Shown here piece after piece: positions 42,239-58,308 of a stretch of DNA of 64,000 nt. Within the stretch, counting starts at the first letter, position 1. Every line of letters begins with the position of its first letter. The notes beneath the pieces were generated by a model. That model did not search any database. It was not told the DNA's origin and was given only the letters and a program-made list of their open reading frames with translations. Origin of the DNA: Kofleriaceae bacterium (GTDB taxonomy: Bacteria; Myxococcota_A; Polyangia; Haliangiales; Haliangiaceae); contig JBKJLC010000237.1 in the NCBI GenBank assembly GCA_046597055.1, positions 86,737-150,736 on the forward strand, given 5' to 3'. The position numbers and the translations under genes are program-made.

Positions 42239-45200
42239 TCACCAGCGGCGGGTGTAGAGGAGGTCGAGGCCATGTATGCCCCGATCGCCCACGATGCCCT
42301 CGACCACCAGCCGCGGGCGCAGCCAGTACTCGAGCTCGGCCTCGCCCGCGTTCTGATCGGGCGCGGCCGTGACCCGCTGGCGGTAGGCGACGAACATGGC
42401 GCGGCTGAGCCACTTGCCCACCGTGAACGACGCGCCGGCGCCGCTGCCGCTGGTGGGGCCCTCGATGGTGAGCACGTCGAAGTCGATCGGCAAGTAGTCG
42501 CCGAGGTAGTCGATGACCTTGCCGGCCACGAACGACGAGGCGACCCCGGTGGTGGCCTCGCCCGCCGTCTTGGGCGCCTGGCCGGGCTCGCCGCCCAGCA
42601 GGATGCCGAGCAGCTCGCCCTGGCTATAGGTGGAGGGGTCGGAGCGCAGGGTCACCACCGGGGCGCTGGCGCGGCCGGCGACCTCGACGTAGATGGTCAT
42701 CTCGGCGAACTCGTGGGTCAGGCGCACGTCCAGCCGGGGATCGGGCGGGCCGTCGAAGCGCACGCTGGCCCGCTCGACCAGGTAGCGGCGGTTGAACAGC
42801 GTGAGCACGCCGCGCGGCGCCTCGACGCCGCCGGTGACCCGGAGCGCGTCGACCCCGATCGACGCCGTGAGCTTCCCCGATACGCTGGCCCGCACCTCGG
42901 CCGACCTGATCTCGACCGGCTTGATCTGCACCGTGGTGATCAGGAACGGCTCGGCCAGCGGCTGATCGGGGCCCGGGCGCGGGACCTTGATCGGCTCCGA
43001 CGGCTCCTTGCGCTTGTCGCCGATGAAGTAGACGTCGTTGGGCGCGCCGACCGGGTCGAGATCGCGACCCTTCTCCGCGGGGATGACCACCCGGGTGCCG
43101 CTGACCACCACGTCGGCCTTCCAGGGCCCGCCGGCGCCGCCGGTGCGGCGCAGGACGGCCTTGACCTTGGCGTCGATCGTGGGCTGGAGCTCGTTGAGCA
43201 AGATCACGTCGTCGACCGCCACCTCGAACTCCGCGGTGTCGGGCAGCACGCCGGCCAGGGTCGCGGTGCCCGCGAGCTTGGCGCGGCCGTCGCCGATCCG
43301 TCCGTCGGCGCGGATGGTCACCGCGCGCTGGCGGATGCTCAGGTCGACGGTCGCATCGCGCAGGGTGCCGAGCACCGGCGCGACCGGCAGCTCGCCCTCG
43401 CGCAGCCGCATCACCGCTGCGACCGCGAGCGTCGCCGGATCGGCGCCGCGCACCTCGACGTCGGCGTCGAGCTTGCCGCGCACGTCGCGGATTCCCTCGG
43501 GCGCAAAGGCGGCGAGCGCGACCAGATCGAAGCCCTTGGCGTTGACGGTCGCGGTCGCGCTGTTGGGGGCGGCCAGCGGATACCGAGCGGCGACCTTCAG
43601 GGTGCCGCCGCCCTTCTGGCGGCCGCGCACGGTCGCCGCCAGGAGCTCGCCGTTGAAGTCGACGTCGCCCTCGAGCGTACCGAGGTCGCGCCGGTCGCTG
43701 CGCAGCCGGGTCAGCGACCACCTGGCCTTGGCGACCGGATCGGCGAGCGTGCCGGTCACGGTCGCCGTGAGGTTGGCGGTGCCGGCCAGCCGATCGTTGC
43801 GGCCCGCGACGTGGAGCAGCGGCGCGATCGCGACGTTCTCCATCGAGACCGTGACCGCGAGCGGCGCGGTCTGCACGGCAGCACCGCCCGCGCGCCGGAG
43901 CGCCTCCACGCTGACATCGAGCGTCGCCTTCGCGGTCAGGGCGCGGAGCCCGCCCAGCCGGGTGGTGAGCGCCGCCGCCACCGTCTTGCCGTCGGAAAAC
44001 ATGATCGCGTCGAGGTCGAGCGGCTGGGCGAGCGGCCCGCCGCGCAGCCCGTAGCCACCGACCGCGACCCGCGCGTCACGCAGCCCGGCCGCGATGTCGA
44101 CCGCGACCGTGCCGCGGCCGGTCCAGCCCGGCGGCATGCCGGCCAGCTTGGTGAGGCCGGCGATCGCGAGATCATCGGCGCGCACGGTGACGCCCGCGAT
44201 CGCACGCTGGTCGACCCGGGCCCAGGCCGCGAGGTCCAGCGGCCGGGTCGGCACCGCCACGGTCGCCTTGAGCGCCAGGTTGCCGACGGTCTTGATCTGC
44301 GCGTCGGCCGCGATCGCGAGCTTGTCGCCGGTCGGCGCGATCGTCAGCGTGAGATCGGCGCCCTCGGGCAGGTCGGGGGTCCGCACGCCGCGCGCGATCA
44401 GCGAGCCCTTGGTCGTGGTCGGGGTCAGCGTCATGCGGCCCTCGAGCGAGCCGGTGACGGTCGGGTCGGCGATGCCCGCGATCAGCTGGAGCTGGGCGAG
44501 ATCGAGCTTGGGGATGATCACCTCGGCGGTCAGCGCGCGCCGGTCGAGGTGCTGCCAGGCCCGGCCGTCGGTCATGCGCCGCGGCGGCACCACGTCGATG
44601 CCGAAGGTGGCCGAGCCGGCCAGCTCGGCCTTCAGGGTGCCGTCCACCGTGATCCGGCGCGGCGAGAAGGTCACCGAGGTCGCCAGGTCGAGGCTGGGTG
44701 CACCCGGGAACCGGCCGACCCCACGCAACGCGAGGTCGGCGCTGCCGTGCAGCGCGGCCCCACGCCGTTCGAGGCTGACGTCGACGTCGGCGCGCCCGAC
44801 CGCCCCGCCGAGGTCGAACGCGCGGTCGAAGGCCGCCAGGTCGGTGCCCGCGATCCGGGCCGTCACGTCGACGTCCCCGGCCCGGCGCCGCTCGCCATCG
44901 ACCCGATAGAAGGTCGCGGCCGCGGCCAGCGCGCCGCCCTCGAGGTTGGCCTTGAGCCCGCGCACCGTGACCCGGTGCTCGTCGAGCGCGATGGTGCCAC
45001 CGCGGCCGATCCAGTCGACCTCGCGGGTACGCAGCTTCCACGTGCCGAGCGCCACGTCGACCCTGGGCAGCGCGACCTCGGCGACCGCGTTGACATCCAC
45101 CCGCCACTTCGCCATCGGCGGCCACGACACCACGTTGACCGCGACCTTGCCGCGCTCCAAGGTGCGCGCGTCGACCCGGACCCGGCCCATGTAGTCGCCG

Positions 45201-46750
45201 GCCAGGTAGACCCCATCGAGCTCGGCGCGCACCCGGCCGGCCGGCCGGCCCAGCAGATCGCGGGCATCGAGATCGACCGCTGCGGTCCGCGCCGTGAAGC
45301 CCTCGGTGCCGAGCGCCTTGCCGCGCACGAACCCGGCGACGTCGAGGCGCCGGGTCGCGCCGAGCCGGCCGCTGGCCCGCAGGTCGGCGGTGACCGCGCC
45401 GCGCGCCTTCAGGTCGGGCGCGATCGCCTGCACCTGGGGCACGTTCGCGACCAGGCGCGACGCCGCCAGCTCGATCGACGCCGGCGTGATCTGCGCGTAC
45501 GCCGACGCGCGCACCGTCGCGTGGCCCGGCCCGATCGCGCCGGCCGCGACCGCGAACCAGCCACCGTGGGCGCCGACCGTCATCACCACCTCGTCGACCT
45601 GCACGCCAGCGGCGGTGCCGGCGACCCGCAGGAAGGCGCCGCCGTCGAACCCGGCCGCGGTCAGCTCGGTCGCGCCCGGCGTCACCCCGCCATCGATCGC
45701 GAGGTGCGCGTCGATCGCGGTCGGGTCCGCAGTCCGGACGATCGCCGAGGCATCGACGTCAGTGGTGGTGATGTGGCCGCGCGCCCGGCGGGTCGCCTGG
45801 TCGTAGGCGAGCTGGCCCGCGAGGGTGGCGCCGGCGAGCTTGCCGCCGAAGGTCACGTCGAGCGTGGTCGGCGTGGCGCCCGGGCGGGCCGTGGTCTCGA
45901 GGTGGACCGCGCCGATCATCGGGCCCTCGGGCCACAGCTTGGTCCAGGCCCCGGCCGGGACGTCCGCCACCACCGAGCCGGTGATCGCCTGGCCGCGGAT
46001 CACGACGTCCTTCATCGTCAGCGTGGCGAGGTCGAGCGCGACCAGCGCCGACCCGACCCGCACCTCCTCCTCGTCGGTCGCGGCGTCGGCCTGCAGCGTC
46101 ACCCAGCTGCCGCGCTCGCGCCAGCGGCCCCGCAGATCGACCGTGGCGGTCACGCCGCCGCCGCGACGCTCGACCGCGAGCCGGGCGCCGCCGGCGAGCT
46201 CCTCGATCCGGTTCTCCTGGCGACCGTCCGACCACAGGATGCTGAGGCCAGCCACCTTGAGGTCGTCGATCTTCACCGCCCACGGGCTCGGCTCGGAGGG
46301 CTCGTCCTTCTGGAAGACGTCGGCCACGCTGCGCAGCCGGACCTCGTCCTCGCCGGGATCGCCCGGGACCGGCGCCAGGGCGATCACCTGCCCGCCCTGG
46401 ATCGTCAGGCGCTCGATATGGGCGGTCTGTGACACCAGGTCGAGCAGCGCCAGCTCGATCCGCACGGTGTCGAGCTGGATCACCGGACGACCATCGACGT
46501 CCTCGATCACGATGTCGCGCGCGATCAGCTCCCCGAACACGCTGCCCTCGACCCGGCCCACCTTGGCGGTGCCGTTGACGCTGTCGGCGAGCGCGGCCTC
46601 GACCTGCGCGCGGATCTTGGCGCGGCCCCAGTCGGTGTGGATCACGATCAGCACCGCGGCCACCGCGACCACCACCAAGGTGAGCACCGCCGCGAGGACC
46701 TTGAGAAGGATCCGGGCCACGCGCCGGATCGGCGAACGTCGAGTCGACAT
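42239..46750 (-). CDS. tamB: Translocation and assembly module TamB-like protein
   Basis: N-terminal TM followed by TDWGR; long beta-rich body; DUF490-like C-terminus (FDGPPDPRLD, SDP...S, VGKWLS); adjacent to an Omp85 gene. Confidence 0.85.
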   Translation of the reverse strand: MSTRRSPIRRVARILLKVLAAVLTLVVVAVAAVLIVIHTDWGRAKIRAQVEAALADSVNGTAKVGRVEGSVFGELIARDIVIEDVDGRPVIQLDTVRIELALLDLVSQTAHIERLTIQGGQVIALAPVPGDPGEDEVRLRSVADVFQKDEPSEPSPWAVKIDDLKVAGLSILWSDGRQENRIEELAGGARLAVERRGGGVTATVDLRGRWRERGSWVTLQADAATDEEEVRVGSALVALDLATLTMKDVVIRGQAITGSVVADVPAGAWTKLWPEGPMIGAVHLETTARPGATPTTLDVTFGGKLAGATLAGQLAYDQATRRARGHITTTDVDASAIVRTADPTAIDAHLAIDGGVTPGATELTAAGFDGGAFLRVAGTAAGVQVDEVVMTVGAHGGWFAVAAGAIGPGHATVRASAYAQITPASIELAASRLVANVPQVQAIAPDLKARGAVTADLRASGRLGATRRLDVAGFVRGKALGTEGFTARTAAVDLDARDLLGRPAGRVRAELDGVYLAGDYMGRVRVDARTLERGKVAVNVVSWPPMAKWRVDVNAVAEVALPRVDVALGTWKLRTREVDWIGRGGTIALDEHRVTVRGLKANLEGGALAAAATFYRVDGERRRAGDVDVTARIAGTDLAAFDRAFDLGGAVGRADVDVSLERRGAALHGSADLALRGVGRFPGAPSLDLATSVTFSPRRITVDGTLKAELAGSATFGIDVVPPRRMTDGRAWQHLDRRALTAEVIIPKLDLAQLQLIAGIADPTVTGSLEGRMTLTPTTTKGSLIARGVRTPDLPEGADLTLTIAPTGDKLAIAADAQIKTVGNLALKATVAVPTRPLDLAAWARVDQRAIAGVTVRADDLAIAGLTKLAGMPPGWTGRGTVAVDIAAGLRDARVAVGGYGLRGGPLAQPLDLDAIMFSDGKTVAAALTTRLGGLRALTAKATLDVSVEALRRAGGAAVQTAPLAVTVSMENVAIAPLLHVAGRNDRLAGTANLTATVTGTLADPVAKARWSLTRLRSDRRDLGTLEGDVDFNGELLAATVRGRQKGGGTLKVAARYPLAAPNSATATVNAKGFDLVALAAFAPEGIRDVRGKLDADVEVRGADPATLAVAAVMRLREGELPVAPVLGTLRDATVDLSIRQRAVTIRADGRIGDGRAKLAGTATLAGVLPDTAEFEVAVDDVILLNELQPTIDAKVKAVLRRTGGAGGPWKADVVVSGTRVVIPAEKGRDLDPVGAPNDVYFIGDKRKEPSEPIKVPRPGPDQPLAEPFLITTVQIKPVEIRSAEVRASVSGKLTASIGVDALRVTGGVEAPRGVLTLFNRRYLVERASVRFDGPPDPRLDVRLTHEFAEMTIYVEVAGRASAPVVTLRSDPSTYSQGELLGILLGGEPGQAPKTAGEATTGVASSFVAGKVIDYLGDYLPIDFDVLTIEGPTSGSGAGASFTVGKWLSRAMFVAYRQRVTAAPDQNAGEAELEYWLRPRLVVEGIVGDRGIHGLDLLYTRRW

Positions 46751-48744
46751 CAGAACGCCTCTCCGATGCTGAGGTGATACGCAAAGCGTTCATCCGGGCG
46801 CAGGTCGCCCGCGCCCATCCGGTTCAGCCGCATGCCGAGGTCGAAGCGCACCGCGCCGATCACGGTCTGGGCCCGGACCCCGGCGCCGAGCGCCCAGTGC
46901 AGGTTGCCGAGATCGATCCCGGCGATGCGCTCGGTGACGTCGCCGCCATCGAGGAACAGGACCCCGCCGAGCGGGATCTTCTTGAAGGTCGTGAGGTGGG
47001 CGCGCACCTCGCCGCTGACCTCGAGCATCGCCGCCCCGCCGTAAGGGACCTCGCGCGGCTTGTCTTCGACCAGCCCGGCCACGGTCGGCGACAGCCGTCG
47101 CTCCGGGAAACCGCGCTGGCTGAAGGCGCCACCGGCGAAGTAGCGCTGGGTGACCGGAACCTCACCGGTGATCATGCCGAACCGGGCCCGGCTGGCGATC
47201 ACCAGCGGTCCGAACGGGACGTAGCCGCGCAGCTCCGGGGTGAGCCGCAGATAGTCGAGGTCGCCGCCGGCGGCCACCGTGCCCTCCTCGGCGCGCAGCT
47301 CGGCGTAGACGCCCTGGCGCGGGCCGAACGGATCGTCGCGCAGGTCGAGCACCAGGCTCTGCTCGAAGAAGCCGACGCGATTGCGGTGGTCGAGGCCGAG
47401 CGCGGTGTCGAGCCCGGCGGCCTCGATCAGCGGAGAGACGTCGGGGAACCGGAGGTACTGCAGCTGCCAGCCGACCGCGGCCAGCACCGACTTCCGGTAG
47501 ATGGCGCGGCGCAGGCCCAGGCGCACCCGCGGCCCGACCGAGGTGTACGCCTCGACCGTGGTGTACGAGTAGCCGCCCTCGAGCACGCCGATGATGCGCG
47601 GCGCGAACAGGTCGATGCGCTCGAGGCCGGCGGTCGCCTCGACCCGCGGCTTGGCCTCGGTCGCGTCGCGCACGTAGACGATCGCGGGCCGGATCTCGAC
47701 CCGGGCCGTGGTCAGCGGCTCGGGGAAGCCGGCGATGCCGTAGCCGACGCGCGTGCGAACCTGGTACGAGGCCGGGTCGACGCCGACGCCGATGCCGAGC
47801 CGGACCTCGTTGCGCGGTGACTCGAGGATGGTGACGCGCACCGGGATCACATCGCCCCGTCCCGACCGGTCGGGCTCGATCCGGGCGCTCGCGAACCGCC
47901 CCATCTCGTACAGCGCGTCTTGCGAGTCGCTGATCGCGCTCGTCGAGTAGAGCGCGCCCTGCTTGATGCTGAGGCGGCGGCGCGCCGCCTCGGCGAGCGG
48001 GCCCTCGACCCCGGTGACCGTGACCTCGCCGAACCGAGCCTTGGCACCGGCGTCGACGTCGAGGCGGATCCTCGCCTTGGCCTGGTGCTGGTCGGCGTCC
48101 ACGGTGGCGTCGACCCGGGCGTGCGCATAGCCATGCTCGGCCAGCTGATCGACCAGGGCGGGCTTGGCCAGATCGAACGGGGCATAGTCGAACGGGGCAC
48201 CGTCCCGCAGTGGGATCTGCTGGCGCAGCTCGTCGGCGTCGACGTCGGGCGGCAGGCCCGTGATCGTGACGCCGGCCAGCTGGGCGCGCGGGCCCTCGGT
48301 CACCTGGAAGACCACCTCGAACACCCGCCCCTTGCGCTCGATGTCGAACTCGACGTCGGCCGCGAAGTAACCCCGGCGCACGTACTGGCCGCGCAGGCGC
48401 GCGCGGTCCTCTCGCACCAGCGACGGCTCGAACGGCCGGCCCAGATCACGGGCCCGCACCGACGCCAGCCCGTCGAGCAGATCCCCGCGCGAGAAGGCCT
48501 TGTTGCCGACCACATCGATCGAACCAAAGGCGCGGTCGGCGCGTGGCTTGACCGACTGGCGCGAGCCACATGCGGTGGCCGCGACCATCAGACCGAGCGC
48601 GAGCACCGTGCGGCCCCGCCACACAGTGCGTCGGCGCGCCACGACCACGGCTGACCGTGAGACGCCGAGGAGAAAGCGGGGGCTACAAGAAGACACGACC
48701 CGGTCGAATGCAAATCGAGGACCGGCGTCAGGGCTGCTTTTCAT
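46750..48744 (-). CDS. tamA: Omp85/TamA-BamA family outer membrane protein
   Basis: POTRA motifs (YVRRGYF, EHGYAHA, EMGRF), [19 protein letters not shown]-terminal IGEAF; true start probably about 48606-48624. Confidence 0.88.
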   Translation of the reverse strand: MKSSPDAGPRFAFDRVVSSCSPRFLLGVSRSAVVVARRRTVWRGRTVLALGLMVAATACGSRQSVKPRADRAFGSIDVVGNKAFSRGDLLDGLASVRARDLGRPFEPSLVREDRARLRGQYVRRGYFAADVEFDIERKGRVFEVVFQVTEGPRAQLAGVTITGLPPDVDADELRQQIPLRDGAPFDYAPFDLAKPALVDQLAEHGYAHARVDATVDADQHQAKARIRLDVDAGAKARFGEVTVTGVEGPLAEAARRRLSIKQGALYSTSAISDSQDALYEMGRFASARIEPDRSGRGDVIPVRVTILESPRNEVRLGIGVGVDPASYQVRTRVGYGIAGFPEPLTTARVEIRPAIVYVRDATEAKPRVEATAGLERIDLFAPRIIGVLEGGYSYTTVEAYTSVGPRVRLGLRRAIYRKSVLAAVGWQLQYLRFPDVSPLIEAAGLDTALGLDHRNRVGFFEQSLVLDLRDDPFGPRQGVYAELRAEEGTVAAGGDLDYLRLTPELRGYVPFGPLVIASRARFGMITGEVPVTQRYFAGGAFSQRGFPERRLSPTVAGLVEDKPREVPYGGAAMLEVSGEVRAHLTTFKKIPLGGVLFLDGGDVTERIAGIDLGNLHWALGAGVRAQTVIGAVRFDLGMRLNRMGAGDLRPDERFAYHLSIGEAF

Positions 48745-48800
48745 GGTGAGCGCGCCTCCACCTCCCCGCCTGCCCGGAGCCGCGGTAGCCTGCCGCGGCC

Positions 48801-50423
<1,623 letters not shown>

Positions 50424-50596
50424 CCCCCGCGGCCCGCGGTCGGAGCGGGCGGCGGTCGCCCCGCCCCGGGATCCGCCCGCGGCGGTTGTGTCGGCTAGAT
50501 GCTTGATTCTGCCCGTGAATCAGGCTTCCATAGATCTGTATCGAGTGGCCTTGGCCAGCTGCTGGCTCCGGGCTGGTCGACTTCACAGGGGGCGAC

Positions 50597-51025
<429 letters not shown>

Positions 51026-51086
51026 GGCCCGCGACGCGAGCGAGGCCCGCGACGCCAGCGAGGCGAGCCGGCGCTGCTCCGAGCGC

Positions 51087-52322
51087 TCAGCCGGCGCGCG
51101 TGGCGGGCTGCGGTGGCGCGGCGGCCATCGCGGCGAGCAGCTGACGGCGGCGACCGCGCCCCGCGACCGCGTGGCGGGCCAGCGCGCGCCACAGCCGCAG
51201 CTTCTGATCGGCGAGCACCTCCGAGCCGGCGACCCGGGCTGCGTACATCTCCAGCACGTCGGGGTCGAACAGCACCAGGCTCATCCAGCGCTGCCAGCCG
51301 GGGCCAGCCTGGTAGATGAGCCGGGCCAGCCAGCGATCGAGCGCGAGCTCGCGGCCGACGGTGGCGCGTCGGAGCGCCCGCCGGTAGCCAGCGAAGCCGA
51401 CCTCGCCGGTCGCAAGCGCGCGCGCGGCGAAGTCACCCGCGACCAGCGCCTGCTCGAGCGCGACCGCGATCCCCTCGCCGGTCAGCCCGTCGATGCCGGC
51501 GGCGTCGCCGACCGTGAGCAACCGGGGCGCAGCGACCGGGGCCCGCGGGTCGTAGCCCCACACCGGCCAGCCCCGCGAGCCGCGCGCCGGCAGCTCGATG
51601 CCGTAGGGCGCCAGGCCCTCGCGCAGCATGCGCAGCAGCTCGGGGCCGCCCCGCCGGGTCGACGGGTAGTGCATGACGCCGACGTTGGCGCGGCCGCCGG
51701 TCACCGGGAACACCCAGAGGTAGCCGCGCAGGCCGGCGGTCATGGGGGTGAAGTCGTAGACCATGGCGTCGTCGGCCAGGGTCGCCGGCAGCTCGTGCAT
51801 GAACAGCCGGTGCGGCAGCGCGCGTTGGTGACGATTGAGGTGCTTGCGCACGACCGAGGCGGCGCCGTCGGCCCCGATCACCACCCGCGCCTGCAGCTCC
51901 TTGCCCGAGCCGAGCCGCAGGGTCACCGCATCGGCGCCGACCACCAGCTCGTCGACGGCCGCGCCGGTCGTGATGTCGACGCCGCGGGCCCGGACCTGAT
52001 CGACCAGCGTCTGGTCGAACTCGAGGCGACGGATGACGTTGACCGGCCGGCCCATGGTGACCGTGCGCTCGAACGAGCCGAACCGGACCCGCGCCAGCCG
52101 CGACGGCACGTGGGGCGCAGTCAGCCGCAGGTCGAGCGCGGCCAGCGCCTCGTCGACGTGACCGGTCAGCCCACCACCGCACGGCTTGTCGCGCGGCAGC
52201 GAGTAGCGCTCGAGGACCAGCACGTCCTTGACGCCGTGCTGGTGCAGCCGCGCCGCGGTTGCGGTCCCGGCCGGGCCGGCGCCGACGACGATGACGTCGT
52301 GGATGCGGGTGGCAGGCGCCAT
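51087..52322 (-). CDS. Geranylgeranyl-reductase-family FAD oxidoreductase
   Basis: VGAGPAG, PRDKPCGGG, RRLEFD, GADG, GYLWVFP, VGDAAG..GEGI. Confidence 0.88.
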   Translation of the reverse strand: MAPATRIHDVIVVGAGPAGTATAARLHQHGVKDVLVLERYSLPRDKPCGGGLTGHVDEALAALDLRLTAPHVPSRLARVRFGSFERTVTMGRPVNVIRRLEFDQTLVDQVRARGVDITTGAAVDELVVGADAVTLRLGSGKELQARVVIGADGAASVVRKHLNRHQRALPHRLFMHELPATLADDAMVYDFTPMTAGLRGYLWVFPVTGGRANVGVMHYPSTRRGGPELLRMLREGLAPYGIELPARGSRGWPVWGYDPRAPVAAPRLLTVGDAAGIDGLTGEGIAVALEQALVAGDFAARALATGEVGFAGYRRALRRATVGRELALDRWLARLIYQAGPGWQRWMSLVLFDPDVLEMYAARVAGSEVLADQKLRLWRALARHAVAGRGRRRQLLAAMAAAPPQPATRAG

Positions 52323-52384
52323 GCCGGGCCTCATATCACGAGCGGTGGGGCCCCGGGCGCACCCGGGTGCGCCCCGCCCGCTGG

Positions 52385-53107
52385 TCAGATACCTGCGTGG
52401 GCCTCGATCGAGACCCGCACGGTCAGCACGCCCGCCGGCACCATGTCGCCCTGCTCGATCAGCAGCGACGAGCCGACGATGATGTTGAACGCCGTCTGGT
52501 AGTCACCCATGAACGCAGCGAGGTTGGCCTTGCCGTCGGGGTCGAAGGTGATCGCGGTGAGCGGCTGGGTGGTGCCGGCCGGGATCGCCGGCACGGTGCC
52601 GATGCGCTTGGCGCGCGGGTCGGGGGCCATGATCGTCGAGGGCGCGGCGTAGACGACCAGCTCCGGGGTGTCGGTGTTGAACGTGTTCGCGATGACCTCC
52701 CACTTGATCGCGTCGATGGTCACGTCGATGACCGGCTGGTCCTGGATCGACTGCAGCTCCGGCTTCTCGGTGGTGAGGTCGATCGCCTGGAACAGCGACA
52801 CGAACAGGGTCAGGTCGCAGGTGGACGTGGTCGCATCGCACTGGGCGCTGCAGGTGTCCATCTCGCACGCCATCGCGGCGGCCATCGCGCACGGGTCGTT
52901 GCTCGTCGAGCACGGCGTGCTGATCAGCTGCTCACCGCCCTGCAGCATCCAGCGGTCGGCGTCGATCGTGAACTGCTTGTTGGGCAGGGCGAGATCGAAG
53001 TTGGTGATGTCGGAGTCGATCAGCCCACATGCCGTCGACGGCACGAGCAGGGCCAGGATCGCCCACCAGGCCGGCAGGGCCAGACACAAAGGTCCACGGT
53101 TCTTCAA
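52385..53107 (-). CDS. Hypothetical lipoprotein with a Cys-rich insert
   Basis: TTG at 53107; hydrophobic signal ending STAC; six-Cys segment PCSTSNDPC...TCD. Confidence 0.7.
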   Translation of the reverse strand: MKNRGPLCLALPAWWAILALLVPSTACGLIDSDITNFDLALPNKQFTIDADRWMLQGGEQLISTPCSTSNDPCAMAAAMACEMDTCSAQCDATTSTCDLTLFVSLFQAIDLTTEKPELQSIQDQPVIDVTIDAIKWEVIANTFNTDTPELVVYAAPSTIMAPDPRAKRIGTVPAIPAGTTQPLTAITFDPDGKANLAAFMGDYQTAFNIIVGSSLLIEQGDMVPAGVLTVRVSIEAHAGI

Positions 53108-53550
53108 GCTAGGCCTCCAAAGACAACAATACGAACCAGGGTACCACCCGGACTCTCGACCAGCGAACCTTCGTGATTTCGAGCACCGCGCCCTGTATGC
53201 GCGGCGCGCACAGTGGGTCCGGGGCTGACCGCTCACACCTCGCGGTGATCCCGACAAGCTACGCGGCGCGCAACGCGGCTGCTTCGTCACCCCGCCGGCG
53301 GACGCTGGGGCACGCGGGGCCGGCCTCGCCGTCGGCGAGGCCGAGGTCCCGGCGCTTGCTCGATCCGGGGTCCCCGGGCACGACGCACGCCGGCGCCATT
53401 GCCCCAACCCGCCGACGCAGGCACCACCCGGCCGTGGAATTTACGAGCGCGCCTGGGACCTCGTCCCCGCCTCGGCTCGTCCTCCGTGCCGATCTCGAAC
53501 ACCGGACCCGGGCTCGACCTGACTCCGTATCGTGCGACGGCCCCTCGCCG

Positions 53551-53640
53551 GTTCGCCCGGAGCCCATCCCGCAAGCGCTCCCCTTTCCCGGTGTCCCTGA
53601 CCCTGAGCTCGTCGAAGGGGCGCCGCGCGACGTCGAAGGG
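53551..53640 (+). repeat. Cluster of REP-like elements
   Basis: GTTCGCCCGGAGC (53551), CCCTGAGCTCGTCGAAGGG (53601-53619), GTCGAAGGG (53632-53640). Confidence 0.65.
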
Positions 53641-53703
53641 CAGGATGGCAAGCGCCCAGCGGGGGAGCACCTGAGGGCGCCGGGCAGCCTCGGCCCGATG
53701 CGG

Positions 53704-54698
<995 letters not shown>

Positions 54699-54702
<4 letters not shown>

Positions 54703-55901
54703 TTCATCGTCTTGAAGCGCTGCTCGGGACCGGCAGGCGTGTAGAGCTGCACGGCGTGGGTCTCGCTGGTCGCCGTGAAGGCGTGCTCGACCCCGGCCGG
54801 GATCTGGATCACCGAGTCGGCGGTGACCGGGACGGCGACGCCGCCGATCGTCATGGTGCCGCTACCGCCGCGCACGTACAGGACCTCGGTCTCCCTGGCG
54901 TGGACGTGCGCCGGCACCTTGGCCCCGGCGTCGATGGAGAGCGTGCTCATCGAGACCACGCCTTTGGCCAGCGGCGGCTCGATGACCATGACCGTGGCGC
55001 CGCCGGTGCGCGGGTAGCGCTTGCCCTTGGCGGCGGTGACGAACACCGGCTGCACCGGCCTGGCCCGCACCGCGGTCGACGCGTGGGGGCCGGGCAGCGC
55101 ACCGCCCCGGGCCGCCCCCTCTCGGCCGCCCGGCACCAGGGCGATCATGACGTCGACCGCGTCGGCCCCGGCCGCGACGGTGAGGCGGGTCCCAGGCAGG
55201 GCCAGCATGACCTCGCCCGCCACCACCGCCCGCGGCGCGCCGCCGACCGCGGTCACCGTGGCCGGCCCGGCGAACGTCCACAGCTCGGTCCGCTCGAGCT
55301 CGCGCGGACCGCTCACCGCCCTGGGTGCGAACGCGACCTCGAGCAGGCTGGCCGCCGGGTTGCCGGTGTTGAGCTGGTCGAGCAGCACCCCGACCGTGAT
55401 CCCGGCCTGGGCCTTGCGCGGCACGAACCGGCGGTCGACGACGTTCTGCATCGCAGGGGCGGTGAAGTGGAACGGCAGCTCGATCTGCTGGCCCCGCAGC
55501 GGCGGCGCCCAGCCATAGGCCTGGGCGACCGTGACCAGGCAGCGGGTCAGCACGTCGTCGCCGGTCGAGTCGGCGACCACCTCGGCGTGGGTGGTCGCCT
55601 TGGCGGTGGCCGCGATCGCGACCAGCAGGCGGACGTCGCCGGCCAGGCGGAAGTCGTCGGCGGCGCCGGCGGCCCAGCACTGGCTGGCGACCGGCGCGAG
55701 CTCGTTCATGCCGCGCTCGATCGCGGCGATCCGCTCCTCGAGCGGCGCCTCGTCGCGCCCGGCGGGGTCCGGCTCGAGCTCGGTGTCGTCGGTGGCGTCG
55801 GGCTCGGTGGCGACCGGCGCCGGATCGACCGGCCGCGGCCGGTCGCCACCGCACGCGGCCAGTCCCAGTGCGACCAGCCCCGCCCGCCCGCCGGCGGTCA
55901 C
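54699..55901 (-). CDS. Lipoprotein: AgmX/PglI (TonB-C-like) domain + two cupin domains
   Basis: Lipobox LAAC; QCW...LAGDV...TRCL...LPFHF; C-terminal cupin HVH...E...H. Confidence 0.75.
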
Positions 55902-56320
55902 GCCGCCTCGACCCGCGGTCGCACGTAGCCCTCGATCCAGTCGACGATCTCCTGGGTCGTGGTCCCGGGCGTGAACACCCGGGCGACCCCGAGCGCGGCC
56001 AGCTTCGGCATGTCGTCCTTGGGCACGATGCCACCGCCGAACACGACCATCTCGCCCACGCCCTTGGCGCGCAGCGCCGCCATCACGGCCGGGAACAGGG
56101 TCATGTGCGCGCCCGACATGATCGACAGGCCGACCGCGTCGACCGACTCCTGCATCGCGGCCGCGGCGATCATCTCGGGCGTCTGGTGGAGGCCGGTGTA
56201 GACCACCTCGTAGCCGGCGTCGGCCAGCGCACGGGCGACGACCTTGGCGCCGCGATCGTGACCATCGAGACCGGGCTTGGCGACCAGGATGCGGAGCTTG
56301 CGACGTTCGGGCTCGGACAT
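55898..56320 (-). CDS. Cobalamin-binding small subunit of methylmalonyl-CoA mutase
   Basis: [10 protein letters not shown] (DxHxxG), [16 protein letters not shown]. Confidence 0.93.
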   Translation of the reverse strand: MSEPERRKLRILVAKPGLDGHDRGAKVVARALADAGYEVVYTGLHQTPEMIAAAAMQESVDAVGLSIMSGAHMTLFPAVMAALRAKGVGEMVVFGGGIVPKDDMPKLAALGVARVFTPGTTTQEIVDWIEGYVRPRVEAA

Positions 56321-56350
56321 GACGACTCCTCGTGCGGCGACGGGGACGGG

Positions 56351-57507
<1,157 letters not shown>

Positions 57508-57508
<1 letters not shown>

Positions 57509-58308
57509 CAGTCGTCTCCCTCGCCGTCGTCGTCGTCGGGCAGCGCCGCCGGGTTGTAGACGAACGACAGCTTGGCGACCTTACCGCGCGGGTCGACCAG
57601 CGCCCACGCCATCGCCTTCTCGGCGGCGCAGTCGGCCCAGGCATCCTCGAACCCGGTCGGCGACGCGAACCCGACCGACTGCACCTTGCCGCGGGTGCCG
57701 ACGTACATCGTCACGCTCACGTTGGTGGGATCGGTCGCGCCGTCGGCGCAGCCGGCCAGGTCCTTGGGCTTGCCGCCGACCGCGCGCACCGCCTGGTCCT
57801 CGTCCCAGGGGACCGCGCCGGCCCCGGCCGAGAACGACAGCGGCATGCCGACCTCGGCGCGCCCGCCCTTGGGCTTGCCGAAGCTGATCTCGCGCGCGAC
57901 CGCGAGCACGCACTTCTCGATCGCCCACGCGCCCAGATCGGACTGCGCCAACGTCACCGAGCTGACCGCGCCGTCGGCGGCCACGTCCCACTTGAGCTCG
58001 ACGCCGCCGCCCAGCCAGCGCCGGCGGCCGACGTGGTCGGCGTAGCAGGCCTCCAGCGTCCCGGCGTGCGGCTCGAGCGCCCGGGTGACCACGTCGGGAT
58101 CGATGCGGCCGCGGGTCGAGACGATCTCGAGGTCGTCGTCCGCTTCTTCGTCGGCGTCGCCGGCCCCGTCACCGCCCCCGGTGGGGTCGGAGTCGGCCGG
58201 TGCGGCGGGCGCCGCCCTGGGCGAGCCGCCACACGCGGCGAGCAGCGTCGCGAGGCCGAGCGCGGCCCGCGCGCCGGCGGCGCCGAGCTCAGTTGGATTC
58301 GAACGCAT
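57508..58308 (-). CDS. Lipoprotein with two AgmX/PglI (TonB-C-like) domains
   Basis: Lipobox LAAC; ACY...GGVELKWDV..DG.V...EKCV...F.KP; second degenerate copy with a Cys pair. Confidence 0.8.

Noticed and set aside
53108..53703. Cobalamin riboswitch or small CDS in the 600-bp spacer near the B12 genes
   Set aside because: No B12-box or other conserved riboswitch core was recognised, the position is 3' of meaB, and the ORFs lack codon bias. Only REP-like motifs and GC hairpins are present.
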